DNA from: Stylophora pistillata
Lineage: Eukaryota
Length of the DNA stretch: 63,725 nucleotides
Assembly: GCF_002571385.2 (NCBI RefSeq)
Contig: NW_019218288.1
Span: 97,362-161,086, forward strand
Direction of reading: 5' to 3'
In this document: one piece after another, positions 1-13,400 of the stretch
Position numbering within the stretch: the first letter of the stretch is position 1
Layout of the letters: every line of letters begins with the position of its first letter
Notes under the pieces: model-generated
What the model was told of the DNA's origin: nothing
Databases searched by the model: none
What the model saw: only the letters and a program-made list of their open reading frames with translations
Position numbers and translations under genes: made by a program

Positions 1-905
1 TAGTTAACTGACAATTGGCCGAAAAATTAACAGTTAACTGATAACTGGGTACCCCCATTTGCACCCTCTTAGTGCCCTCTCGATTCAAGGAAGCGTGCTG
101 TGGAAATAAGGGTTACACGCAATAACTCATTGTGCTGAGTTCAACTACTCCAAGAAAGCATTTGCTTTCATATTATGGTTTAATTTCCAGAGCAAAGGAA
201 AGGTAGGAGATCATTTTATTGGAAAATACCACGCGTTTTTATTTGATCGATCAAGCATAAATGATATCTGGCGGTAGATCCACCTATGGGATACCCCGAG
301 ATTTGGAACGTTACGGTCAAGTTTTCCGAAGTCAAAATACAAATTGCAACGATTCGTAACATCATTTACAAAGTGGAATAAATAATTCTCAAGAATTGCT
401 TTTCGTTCCCATTCAAACCGTTTATCGATCCCACTGTTTACCACGTAAAGTTTAACAGATGGAGGGATTCTCAAATACGTCCTTAGTGGCTATAGTCAGC
501 CGCCATTCATGATTAATTATTGAAACGAAATTTCACGTTTGGTTAGCTTTTTACATGTTGGCAATTAGCATACGTTGTCAGAAACAAATATTGTGAAAAC
601 ACTTAAAAACGAAGATTAAATCTAAAATTCGATACCAATTAGTTTTTTTTTTTTTAACTCGAGGTTGGAGCTTTCTGGACATCGTAAAAGTTAATATGAA
701 TGCTGTATCGTTGAGGATACATACTCATGCGTTCAATGGAAATTAATTCAAAGTTTCATTACAACTTGATAAACCAGTTATTCAAGAGGTTTATCAAGTT
801 TAGAATGATGTTGATATTCCAATCTTATTTTGGGAGACTTTGCTTGATGCTATTGGAGATTAGCGCTGCTCCTTACTCCAATTTTTTCATTCCTCCTCTA
901 AAACG

Positions 906-3900
906 ATGTTTCAAAGAGAACGCGGCGAAAATCACGTAACACTGCCATTAACCGACGTGAACAATGACGACGAGGAGCCAAAAGACAATTTCAACTCTTA
1001 CGGAGGTGATGCAAACGATGAAGACGACGCTGAGCCCCAAACGTGGGGAAACAAGACTCAGTACGTGCTGGCAATGTTAGGTTTTTCTGTTGGATTCGGA
1101 AATGTTTGGAGATTCCCTTACTTGTGCCAAAAGAATGGAGGGGGTAAGTTTGTCTGAGTCATGCATTGAGTACATCTAGGCGTGAATGAAAAAGTGATCT
1201 TTTTATGTATGCAGCTGTTAAAACGTCGTTCTTGCTGTACCAGCTTATTGTCATCATTTGCAAGAAATTGAATCGATTGATCAAAATTCTGGGATCTCAG
1301 CGGATAAAAGTGGCAATTAAACTGGCTATGTCGTAAAGAGTGTCAGACCGTGGTAGTGGCTCGAAAAGCGGAATGTTTACAGATTTTGAAAAGAGCAGGA
1401 AATTTGCATAGATCGATATCGAAGCAATAGATAGAGACTCTCGGGGAACAGATCCAAACGGATGGAAACCCCTTCCAACCAATAATGTATATCCAATAAT
1501 CTCACCAGGATCTCTATAAGAATATAAAATTCAATAAAGGAACGAAGAATTTGCGAATAAAGAAACAGAAGAAACGTTGATATCAAAGTGCGTAACGTGC
1601 ATTGTCGATTGTTTCCAAAATACAATGCAATCTCTGTTTCACATTAGTTAACAAACATACTTTAGTATCGTAACCCAGTAAGAGGACCCATGGTTCCATC
1701 TGACAACTCGTTGAAATTAGTGGATTACCAAGGATTGTACCTGCCATCTGTTATCTTGAAACTCCATTTTAAAACCGATAGTCAGTCCATGTTAAGAATG
1801 TTTTTGTTTTAATTTTTAATGGCTGTAAATGCCTCAAACGACGATAATTCGAGTTGGCTGCGGAAAAGGAAAAAGTTTAAGCAGTACATCCGCGTTCAAG
1901 ATTTGTTTTCATCTTAACTGTGAATTTTAAGTGGATCACGCAAATTATACAAAAAAAGTGGTTATACCGGTTTCACATGAATACTAACTAGAGCAATTAC
2001 CACACTTTATTTCATTTTACGACCAAAATAAGCTTGTCTAACAAAAAACAATTGAAGCAGCTGTCCGTGAAGGCGCCACGCACCTTTCTAGATCATGACT
2101 TCGGTTGCTTTCACACGCACCTCATTGTTGACTGATTTGGTGGCGCGAAATTTTTTTAACAATTTTTCATCACAGTGTAATTTTGGTAAGCTTAAGTTTT
2201 AATAAACATTGCTGGGACAGCCGATACATTTGCGAAGCTGAACTCTTCTTTCCTATCGCTTTCATAAAGATTTTTTTAATCATTTAGGGATGCAACATTT
2301 TTATTCTAGGATAATGAACGACTCCACAAATGTTACTGAAATGAGGTACTTAAAACCTTGTGGCCGGCAAACTTCCCTCTCTCTTTCTTCAAGGCCTCCC
2401 TGTGCCCTTCCACCCCATTCTACCAAGATTTTGTACACAGAGATTTCGGTCTCCACAGAAAATACGTGGCTGGTTTAACTAAACCACTAACTTAGTTCAC
2501 CAGGACTGCCACACAATATATAAACCTCCACATTGTCTCGAAGTAACCACAATGTTGGACTGTCCCAGCACGGTGATGTGGTCACTTCGATCGCAGCAGA
2601 ACAAGAAAGAAAACCAGATCTCAAACGGAAATGTTTACTTCTTCTTCAGGTGCATTTTTGATTCCATACTTCATCAGCCTGATCTTTCTCGGAATTCCTC
2701 TTCTATTCATGGAGCTTGCCATCGGCCAAAGCCTCCGTCAAGGTCCTATTGGTGTATGGAAAGCTATTCACCCCTACTTAGGTGGTGTGGGGTTTGCTTC
2801 AGCGGTTGTGTGTGTTCTGATCTCCATGTACTATAACGTGATCATTGGTTGGTGTTTTTATTATTTGTTTGCGTCGTTTCAAGACCCTCTGCCTTATTCT
2901 TCTTGTCCTGTTGGCCCGAATTGCACCGTAAACGAAGAGTGTAAATTGGCAGGGCGGACGCAGTATTACTGGTATACGAAGACGCTTGGGGCAACAACTT
3001 CCATTGAGGATATGGGTGATTTCCAGTGGCATCTGTGTCTTGTGCTTGTATTAGCATGGATTGTTCTGCTGATCATTATCAATCGAGGAGTTCAGTCTGC
3101 TGGAAAGGTAAAGCCTTACGATTCCTGAAACATAGTTACCTCATTCGCTCAAAGCAGTCTGCAGTTTTTAGTGATTAGTTTATGCTCTTCGCAAAGATTT
3201 GGCATTTCTGCTGATCATTCGTCTCTCTTTTCTTAATTCTTAGGCGGTTTATGTCACTGCTACACTGCCATATATTGTTCTGGCTATATTCTTTGTAAGA
3301 GCTGTCACACTAGAGGGATCGGTTGACGGAATCAAACACATGTTTAAGCCTCAGGTAATCAGAAGATGATATTGTTGAATTCTTTCCTGGACTTGCGTGT
3401 TTAAAGGTTTCTTTCTGATCGATGTTCAAGTCAAATTAGGGCTGCAGTTGATTGGTCTAAATGGATGCGAACTTTAAGCTCATGTTTTTTGCCAGGTAAA
3501 AAGGAAAGATCACTAGTAAAATATAGACGAACAGGCTAGACATGACGAAAACAAACTTCTTGTGTTTTAAAGGAATATGTATCCGGTTGTCAGATCTTGA
3601 GTCAACTCAGTTAAGCTTTAATGAAAGAACTTCAGGCTGAAGTTAAATCGTACTCGAAAACAAGCTGTGATTTACCTCCTCATATGATAGTATGGGCCAT
3701 CCTTACTAAGGGTTGAAATGCACGTGAAGTTCAGAACAAAAAATGACTAATGTAAACGTTTCTTTCAGTTTTCCAAGCTAACCAGTCCTGTGGTTTGGTT
3801 AGAAGCCGTAACTCAAGTATTCTTTTCCATCGGTGTTGGCTTTGGTACTTTCATCGCCATGGCAAGTTACAACTCAAAGCATAACAACTGCAAACGAGAC

Positions 3901-6900
3901 GCCATATTTATATCGTTGGCTGACAGTTTTACGGCAGTCTTTGCGGCCCTGGTGGTGTTCTCCGTCCTCGGCTTTAAGGTGAGGTGTAACGATCAATACA
4001 ATTTGAGCGCAAAAAAACTGAAAATAACGAATAAAAAAGCAACCTTTAAGAGGTAGACAATGAAACACATGACAGAGAATTTGTGACTTAGCTGTGCGAT
4101 TGAACGCACGTCTACTTTGCAACTTCTGATGCGGGATACCACTTCTCTGAGGCAAAAATGGTGATGGTGTTAAGTCTTATTTAACAAAAAAATGTGACAA
4201 AGTAAGGTATCAAGTGAGAGGTCATAGACAGCTGTTTCGAGTCTATTGAACCTCAACAGTTTGCTATAACCATTTATATAAAATGTCTGACGGTCAAAGC
4301 AGATTAAACTTGCGGGATGTTACTGTGCAAACCGAGTGTTAACATCAATATCATCGTCGTCGTCGTCATCATCCAAGAGCTGAATGAAATACATCTGTTT
4401 CTGGTCAGTTATTAGAAGCGACCGTAAGATAACGTACACTATGAAATGAGTATCAGCGGAAATAATTTCCCTATAGACTATCATGCACTTCCAAAAAAAC
4501 TTGAATGTTGAAAAAATGGGAATTCTGCTAAGATTTATTGAGTAATAGTGCTTGTCAGGATCACAGTTCAGTTCTGGTGCGCTCACTTTCCTATGCCGGA
4601 ATAGTTATCTTGCCCTCTCTGTCCTATAATACCTAAGGAAAAAACCTTTTGATATTTAAGAGCCTTATTATGGCTGATTACTAATACATGAGTCTATTTC
4701 AGGCTTATCTACCATCTAAATACCAATCACATATGATTTCACTTGCATCTTGCTTATGTTCATAGGCACACGACTCATATACCCAGTGTTTGACACTATA
4801 TGGTGGGGTCAACAATACTAAACTGCCCGCTGAAGTGACGCTTGAGAAACAATGTCATAATCTGGAACACTGGCTATCTAAGGTAAATCAGAGTCCATCG
4901 TTCATCAAAAGAATCTACCATTCGTTCAGATAGACCGGAAGGTCTGTCTGACAAATAAACCGTCTGTCTGACGGACAAATAAACCGACCGACGAACAAAC
5001 GACCGAAGAGAGACAAAGTGAAAAGGGAAACTGTATCAAAAGAATCGTGCCTGTGGTTTTTTCATAACATCATGAGAAAGCTGCATAATTTCTTTTTTTA
5101 CTTGCGTAAGAACAAAATCGAAAGTAATTCTGTTAAAAAAATCATGATAAATTAGAAACGACTATTGCATCTTTTGTCTTAAGACTTTTAAAGGTTCTGG
5201 CCTCACTTTCATTGCCTTTACTGAAGCGATACTGTTGATGCCGGCTTCACCGCTATGGTCTGTTCTTTTCTTCGCCTTGTTGTTGTCTCTTGGTCTTGGT
5301 AGCATGTTCGGTATACTAGAGGGCGTGCTTAACCCGCTACACCAACAGAAGGTACTGCCCCTGCGTAAGGAAATACTAACAGGTCAGTTCTGTTGAGTTG
5401 AGTTGAGTAAACAGCGCGAGATTTCTCGAGGATTCATATGCAGTCGAATTGATTGGCATTCCCATTCATAATAATTCTTGTTCCTTCTTGGTTTACCGTC
5501 AACATTTTTGTATTTTTTCATCATATCTCAAAAATATTTTGTAGTTTCCTTTATCATGAAGTTAAATTTAGTTGAGCGTAAGAAATTGATTTGTTATTGC
5601 GAGCTATAGTTCCTTAAAGGTAACACCGCTGAGTTTTGTGGGAATATCGTAGTGAGCTGCAACGAAAACCTCCTTGCATGACATCGAATCACAATGAGTG
5701 AAATGACCTTGTCTACTTCTGCGTCGTGCATTCGACATCGGCCAGAATTTTAATTTTCTTTGGTTTCAAACAGTCTTCATTTGACCGAAAATTACCTAGC
5801 TACCTGTGTAGTAAGTGAAGTCATGCGGAAAAAAGAATCATGAAAAGTAAAGCAGCTAATTGAGAGACGAGGACTTTATTTTATGACCACGCCGCAGCTG
5901 TTCTTCTCTTTTCTTCTCCTTTCTTCTCTTTTCTTCTCTCTTCTCTTTTCTTCTCTCTTCTTCTCTCTTCTTCTCTTTTCTTCTCTTTTCTTCTCTCTTC
6001 TTCTCTTTTGTTCTCTTTTCTTCGTCAACAAATCAGATGCTAAGCTAGAACAATGTCAAATCCTGTCTAGGTCTTACATGCCTTATTTGTCTGGTTGTTG
6101 GACTGCTATTCTGTCAGACGTCTGGGGAGTACTGGCTGCAGATGTTTGACAGTTTTACTGGAACACTTCCGCTTCTGTTCATCTGTTTCTTCGAACTTAT
6201 TGGAGTTGCATGGGTGTACGGTACTAAGAGGTAAGATCTGGAGCCCGATCGAGTAATAAGCTAATGCCATAAGCTGGAGTTCATCCCATGTGGGCGTGTC
6301 TTAATATGTGGATGTTTGTTTGTTTGTTTTGTTTGTTTGTGAATTTGTTATGACTTCACGTTGCAATATCGCCGCATTATTTAGGCAACAAGTGATGCGA
6401 CTAATTGAAAAATCTAGCTTGTCACTTTTAGAAAACTTTTGGTGTATTATCTTGATGCAACGTCACTGAATTCAAAGCAACCACTGAGAGGAAGTATGAG
6501 ACAATGGTTGGAAAGTTAACCACGTGACTAGCATTTCATTTCTCCCTACAGTATCACCGCTAATTCAAACGATAAAATAGTAATTATTTTTACACGACTC
6601 GGGCAGTCAGAGGGCCAATAACTAAAATCAACCAATCAAAATGCTCTATTGCCGGTCAATATTCTCTCAGTATTGGACCGGGCACTGTCCCGAATGGTCC
6701 CGAATGATACCGCACTTGTGTCCCTTGGAACTTCAGTCGTATAATAAATCTCTTATTAACCAAGCTTGCTCGGGACCGTACTGGAAGAATATCGGCCCTC
6801 GGTCTTTTTTGTACGGACATCGCTGCGCTCGGTCCGTATTGTCAAGACCTCGGGCCGATATTCTCCCAGTGCGGCCCTCGCGCTTGGTTAATAAGATATA

Positions 6901-8529
6901 TCTAAATGAAATGATCGCCAAATACAGAGGCTCGATTGTTAATTAAGTCCTCCTTATCAGCACCATTGCAAAAGTGCAAAGAATAGGCTAGGGTAGAGAA
7001 TATGTTAGAGTGTGGGTTGAGAGTGCTAGTACATGTGTGCCCTGTTCTTTGAAAAGAATTCGTTATTCATCAAACAGAGCCAGGCCAGAGTGAATCCTCC
7101 TCCGGTCTCTGCCGGTTTGTGGTGTCTCTAGCAACGAAGAGTGTTCTTAGGAGCATCTTTTGATTCTTCCAGGTTTTCTGACGATTTAGCGTACATGCTC
7201 CCCGATAGACCCGGATGGTTCTGGATGATAATGTGGAGATTTATGTCTCCTGTGATAGTCTTGGTGATCTTTGTCAGCAGTATAGTTAACATGGCAATGA
7301 AGCCAGCCACGTACTTTGTTTGGAGACCAAATAAGGTGACTGAATGACATTACTGTGTTTCTTTATTTGTACAGTGACGGTGATAAGGAGAAGGGAGGGG
7401 TGGGTCGGGGGTAGAAGACATGGGCGTAATCGTGTTGAGATTGTAGGGTTCCATAGATACTGATTTTATAAAATTTTCCGCGGGAATACTGCGCCACAAA
7501 GTTTCCTCTAAAATCACGTAAAAGATCGACCATTTCTTCGCTGGTTGCAGCGACTAGTTTTGAGTCACAATAGATATCAGTTTGTCTTTTTACTCAAGGT
7601 GACAGTCTGTTTCCGCGCCACACCAAACGCGAACTTTATGTGACAAATACTGTACACGATCACCTTGAAGACCTTTGTAATTGCGAAATCGTGACAAATG
7701 ACAAAGTTCAAGAGTTTCCAGTATTTTAAGAACACAATTTGCTATCCGCGCGGTTTCAGTTAGCTGCACTAGGTGTCCCTTTTCAGACGTCTACAGAAGG
7801 AAAAAGCATCTCTTATCTTTCACGTCCGTCAATTACTGAATATGGAAAGGGAAATTACCATGAATCGAAACTTTGCAGTTTTTAGTGAATAAATTTTCAG
7901 TAGTGGACTATTTTTCAAACTAATTTGAATATATCAACAAAGTTGAAATGGTGAATTGGCCACCGTTACGGTTATAAAAGCTGACGTTTCGAGCGTTAGC
8001 CCTTCGTCGGAGCGAATAGAGGAATTGTGGGTTGTGTGTGCTTTTAAAGGCAGAAAATGGAGCTACGTGATTGGTGGGAACATGGCAACGAGAAAAAATT
8101 TGTTCGTGTTTTTATCGTTGCCATGTCCCCACCAATCACGTAGCTCCATTTTCTGTCTTTAAAAGCACACACAACCCACAATTCCTCTATTCGCTCCGAC
8201 GAAGGGCTAACGCTCGAAACGTCAACTTTTATAACCGTAACCGTGGCCAATTTACCATTTCAACTTTCTTGATATATTCAAATTATTTCGTTACCCCCAC
8301 CGACGCAGCGCCAAACAGTTTCTTTAGAAACTATCAGCCTTTATTCATTTCTATTTTTCAAATTGTATGTTTGTCCGTTTTGATATTTGAGGCGGAAGTG
8401 GAGAGCGTTCAGTACCCCTTCTGGTGTTACCCCATCATTGCTTTCCTCATCTGCGCATCCTGTCTCTGCATACCTGTGGTCTTCCTTGTAAAATCATGTC
8501 AACGTCTTATCGCCAAGAGGAGAGGATAA
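906..8529 (+). CDS. SLC6 Na+-dependent neutral amino acid transporter, B0AT/SLC6A15-20-like, paralog A (9 exons, ~597 aa)
   Basis: Exons 906-1143, 2650-3107, 3244-3354, 3769-3978, 4766-4882, 5184-5382, 6071-6230, 7173-7335, 8392-8529, all GT-AG, 1794 nt in frame. NSS motifs [40 protein letters not shown] and LGLGSMFG. Exons 2-8 have the same sizes as in paralog B. Confidence 0.93.
4221..4320 (-). mobile_element. Degenerate retrozyme-type hammerhead repeat
   Basis: Reverse complement GGTTATAGCAAA CTGTTGA GGTTCAATAGACTC GAAA CAGCTG TC TATGAC: hammerhead layout with palindromic stem III (ACAGCTGT) and a core A6-to-U change. Confidence 0.45.
5900..6023. repeat. Polypyrimidine (TTCTC-like) low-complexity tract
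   Basis: Directly visible, just upstream of the exon-7 acceptor of paralog A. Confidence 0.9.
6586..6900. mobile_element. Non-autonomous double-hairpin repeat (MITE-like), copy 1
   Basis: Closely matches 37835-38150. Two internal inverted repeats: TTACACGACT/AGTCGTATAA and TCTTATTAACCAAGC/GCTTGGTTAATAAGA. Confidence 0.8.
7917..8335. mobile_element. Penelope-like element terminal fragment in inverted duplication (~370-bp palindrome) with a hammerhead motif in each arm
   Basis: Arms ~7917-8091 and ~8115-8288 are near-perfect inverted repeats. Each contains GCT-CCGACGA-AGGGCTAACGCTC-GAAAC-GTC. The same motif recurs at ~9700 and ~60720. Confidence 0.75.
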
Positions 8530-9695
8530 AAACCCACAATCACGTGTTTGTTATGGGTTCACTAACACACTAATGACTAATCTCCACAACCGATTCATCC
8601 TTGTCTCTACCATTAAAAAGTTAATTTGATATCGTGACATTAACTGCACATCTGAGATTCTGTAGACGTTTAAAACATGTGGCTCTTTAAATGTACTAAA
8701 CATTCTGCTACGAAGACCGCAATTTTTAATCTCGCGTGGCAACCCGGCCGCCCGGTTTTGATTTGTCATTCCTACTCCCAAATTTCCATTCCTGGCAGTC
8801 GTTTCGGAAAATTAGGAGTAACCAGAAATAAATAGCCCCTGGAGCTGCACAAAAGGCACTGTAGACTCAAAGCAGCAGTTCTCTTTGAATGGTTGAGGTT
8901 AGCGTGTGCGGCCAGTTACCGAGCTATTAGTAAAACGGCGGCGTCCATGGTCAGATTTTCAACACATTTGAAAAAAAGTTCAGGAGAAATTATAACGTGG
9001 TTAGCGGTAAAGTTTGGATATACTTTGCTCTGGCGGAAATAGAAACTGCGCGTTATGTCCCGAGAGCATTCAGTTTTCCTTACAAGGGCATGAGAAGCCC
9101 GTTTATCTCAGCGCAGGCTTTATTATTGGAGTTGTATAGCAGAGTAAAGTCAAAGTAGTTTCACTGTTTATCATGTGGTTCGTATTTTTTCTTGATTAAA
9201 ACTTTTCGTTCTGTCTCGAACTTATCGTAAAGAGTATCATTGTAAATTTAGATTTAATCATCGGCTACAAGGGCGGAAATGAGTCTCTCTGTGCATTTGC
9301 TTTTCTCCTTACCCTGTTACGATACTGAAAGACGCACTTTTCAAATGACAGCTTCCACTGATTATACTTTTTCTTAATAGAAAGTATTAGTCGAGAAGCC
9401 TTTTACTTAATTTGACACCTTTATTGCACTTTTTAATACCGTTTGTCTGAGGCTGTACAGTTAGTTACATTTGTATTCGTATTATGGTTATTATATAATG
9501 TCAATTAAATCCTCTTTAGTCTGTATATTTGTCATAAAAATACGCTCACGAGTAGTTTAAATTCTGTCAATATCAAGAGCTAAACTTTCTTGACTGATAA
9601 ACTCCAAGCACTACGAGAAAGACATGCGTGGAGTGTAATTTTGGTTTTATAAACTGAGTTGATAATGTAACTTGGCCACCGTAAAGAGTTTCAAA

Positions 9696-9731
9696 GCTGA
9701 CGTTTCGAGCGTTAGCCCTTCGTCAGAGCGA
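9696..9731 (-). ncRNA. Minimal type-I hammerhead ribozyme motif (Penelope-like element type) within repeat 9635-9731
   Basis: Reverse complement GCT CTGACGA A GGGC-TAAC-GCTC GAAAC GTC AGC: CUGANGA/GAAA core, stem II, palindromic ACGU stem III, GUC cleavage triplet and stem I GCU/AGC. Confidence 0.65.
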
Positions 9732-10406
9732 TTGTTAAGTGTAGCTGAAGATAATTATATCTGTGAGTCAATGAGGCGCCGTGGATTTACATAAATTGAC
9801 ACTTTTGAAAACTTTTTGGGAGGAAACTTGTCAAGAAAGTTAAACATATATTGTATAGGCACTTCTACAAAAATCTCAGTGAACTCTCTTCGTCGCGGTA
9901 AGTTCGTTCACACCGGTTTTGTCATGTTATTTCATATTAAGTCCTGAAAAACGTAAATCAAATCAATTGGACATCATTTAAACTCTCATCAAGCACCCTC
10001 CTCGTATTTGTAAAAATCATGGAAATTCTCTTGTTACGATTCAAATGTTCCTGGCCGTCAGTCATCAGAAAACATCCGTGCTGATGAAATATTTACACAT
10101 GAACCTCTATTGTAGGATCGTGAACGAACTATTACATGTTACTTGAGAGGGTTTTAAATTGATAATACCCAGTTGTATTTCACGATCGCCGATACCAAAC
10201 GGTTCCTAGTTGTTTTTACATAGATGGTCTAAAATCACGTTTAGCGCGCTTCTCTGTTCACAAAGGAATTATTTTTCAAACCAGTCAAACTGGTTTTTGT
10301 GTTTTGGGAAAACTGGTTTCTATTTATTCTTCGTCCCTCGCTTTATGAGCCTTCAGACGAATTGTGTCTTTGAGCCTTGGCGCGTATTCAGAGCGATGCG
10401 ATCGTA

Positions 10407-13400
10407 ATGCCAAGACAAGATAGAAAAGGCGACGGTTTAGTAACTCTGAATCTAACAGCCAGCCCTGAGAATGGGTACGATGAAGCGGAAGAGGGCAAGC
10501 TCGATTTCGACAGAGACGCAGCAAGCGAGGAGGTGGATGTGGTAAAACCGCAGACTTGGGGAAACAAAGCTGAATATATTCTCGCTACTATCGGGTTCGC
10601 GGTTGGATTTGGGAATTTATGGAGATTTCCGTATTTATGTCAGAAAAATGGAGGAGGTAGGGAGAGATTTAATGGATTTCAAATTGAGTCATGATACCGC
10701 GTCTGCGGTCATGAAACTACTAATTTACTATGTAAATTGCGGCGAAGGAGGGAAAATCGTCACTCACTGATAGTTCCCTTCCGTTAGCTCAATGATTCCT
10801 GCTTGGAATTAAAACGCAATAGTTCGTATTATTTGGTTTTACTTCCTTTACCATTTCTGCTTTAGGTTCTTGGGCCATGTTTTTTTTTTTTTTTTATTGA
10901 CGGATTAAATAATTTCCTTTTAGGAAAGCACATGTAAAAGAACAATAACGTTCACAAAATTCGAGAGCCCCTGACGCCCTGTTGAGATAAGAAATCGCAT
11001 TAGAAAAACTAGCCTTATTAAAATAAAATCAGCGCACTTTTAGAGCTGTTATAGCCTTAGATATCACGTTAGTAATGTTTTGTTCCATCTTAAGTTTAGC
11101 TGTACCCGTCGCTCCATGGCTCGATTTTTTAAGCCAGTCATCTTTTGAAAAAAAAAGCAATTGATTGAAAATTGGCAAACTGACCGCTAGTAAGTTATTC
11201 TCCATTGTTTCCCTGGAAATACTTGGTGGAATTGCAAATACATCAGATCGGAAGCAACGTCGAACAACAGCTGACAAAAAGAGCAACTTTACGGCTAGAT
11301 AAAATGACAAAGCTCACGCGCCTTTCAAAATTTAATCACATGCACATGTCGAGGAGTCCCGCATTGCTCTTTTTAATTACTAGATTTACTCTCTTGCTCT
11401 TCGAACAAAAAAAGAAAAACCGATGAAAATCGCACCTCCTTTGAAGCAGTGTAACCGAAAAAAAGAACTCGGTATCTCAGATTATCCTAGCGAAATTGTG
11501 ATGTCCGTGCAATGAACCTTACTAACACGGCTGGAACGATGAATGCAAATTTTACGCTCGTCAGACGGTAACTCCTGGTAACAATAGGTCGACAGGACAT
11601 TTACACAACAGGTTATATCTGTAAAAACAAATACCATAGAAAGAACACGGTTTGCCTTCTTTTCAATATGTCACTCCACTAGCCTTTTGCTGTATAGCTT
11701 TAAAATTTCGTTTTAAAAGAATTCTTGTGATACTAAGACGCTGCTAGATGGAGTTAGCTGGGATCACCTAATAGCCGTTCAAAAAGTTAACCGTAAAAAT
11801 TTTTCCTATTTTCGACGTGTCATTTGTAAAATGTCAAAATGCAATGTTCCAAATTTAAGAAGGTATAATATTCTTTAACACTCCCAAAAAAGTGAAACTC
11901 GAAACTCTTTTAACGTATGCAATTTGCCTCAAAGTATTTTTCCTTTTGAACAGTTTCAATCCAAAATAATTTTTATGCGATTGAAAAGTGTATACGAAGA
12001 AGAAGTGATTTTGAAAAGCATTTAACAATAAAAAATTGCGCTAAAACTTTTCTTAAAATCATTTTAAGATTAAAAAATTAAAAAATTTCTAAAAGTGTAT
12101 CTTTGTATCGCATGCAATCATCTTTATTCGATCCGGCGGCCTCCAGCAAATGTTTTAGCGAGTCGGAACCCTTTCACGTATAAGTTTCTCTTTTTTTCCT
12201 TTATATTGGAAAGGGTTGTGCATGCAATACACGCAAAATCGTCATCAGTTCACAGAACTGTTTCCATAATTTATGCTTTGGTTGGACCAAGCTCTTTTTC
12301 AAAACCAAAAATGGAAGTTTATTATTTCGGTTTGTGACTAAAACGATACTAAATCTCTACATGTGGGCAGAGAGGCATGGCTAGTTTGACCATTCATGTC
12401 TTCTCTAATCAAAGTTATTTTTCATTTCTTCCATAAAAGGTGCGTTTCTAATTCCATACTTCATCAGCCTGATCCTCCTGGGGATTCCTCTCTTCTTCCT
12501 CGAGCTTGCCATCGGCCAAGGCCTCCGTCAGGGTCCCATCGGTGTGTGGAAAGCTATTCATCCCTACCTGGGTGGTGTGGGGCTGGCTTCGGTGGTCGTA
12601 TGCGTCCTGATCTCTATGTACTACAACATGATCATTGCATGGTGTTTCTATTATCTTTTTGTGTCGTTTCAAGACCCCCTCCCGTACTCTACTTGCCCCA
12701 GCGGCGTGAACTGTACGGTGAATGAGGAATGCAAACTGGCCGGTCGAACACAGTATTTCTGGTACACTAAAGCCCTTGGTACAACAACCTCCATCGAGGA
12801 TATGGGTGATTTCCAGTGGCATCTTTGCCTTGCACTAGTGTTGGCATGGATTGTTCTGTTTTTGTTTGTCAGCCGTGGTGTCCAGTCTGCCGGAAAGGTA
12901 AAACATTAATAAGCCTTGCCAGTTAGAGTGGTTCTCTCAGGAAGAAAAGCAAGGCCGTTGTCTGAAGACGACTCCGTTTTGTGTTTTGTTTTTGTAAACC
13001 TTTGAGAGTTATCTAAGTTCTCATTTGTTTATAGGCGTTGTATGTCACTGCCACCTTACCATATATCGTGCTGGCCATCTTCTTTGGTAGAGCTGTTACA
13101 TTGAAGGGGTCATTAGATGGAATCATACACATGTTCAAACCTCAGGTAATTATCGGAAAACCGTGTTCATTTCTACTGTTAAACCTTTGCAAAAGGACAC
13201 TCACTACAGGCAGACTCCTCAGATTGGAGCATTTTTCACGAGTCAGAAGTGATCGACAAAGCACACAGTCTATAGGGTATTGTGCGAGTCAGTGGGGGAG
13301 AGGGTCAAAATTCCATCCCGATGGTGGATACAGTTTAGAAATAACATTTCCTGGTGGCCGGGAACCATTCTGATTGATTTCTCAATTCTCTTCATAAATG

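Noticed and set aside
5883-6149. Hydrophobic F/S/L-rich ORF resembling a membrane protein
   Set aside because: Translation of a polypyrimidine microsatellite.
7956-8250. Two near-identical 68-aa ORFs on opposite strands (MATVTVIK...)
   Set aside because: A by-product of the DNA palindrome, with non-ATG starts and no protein features.
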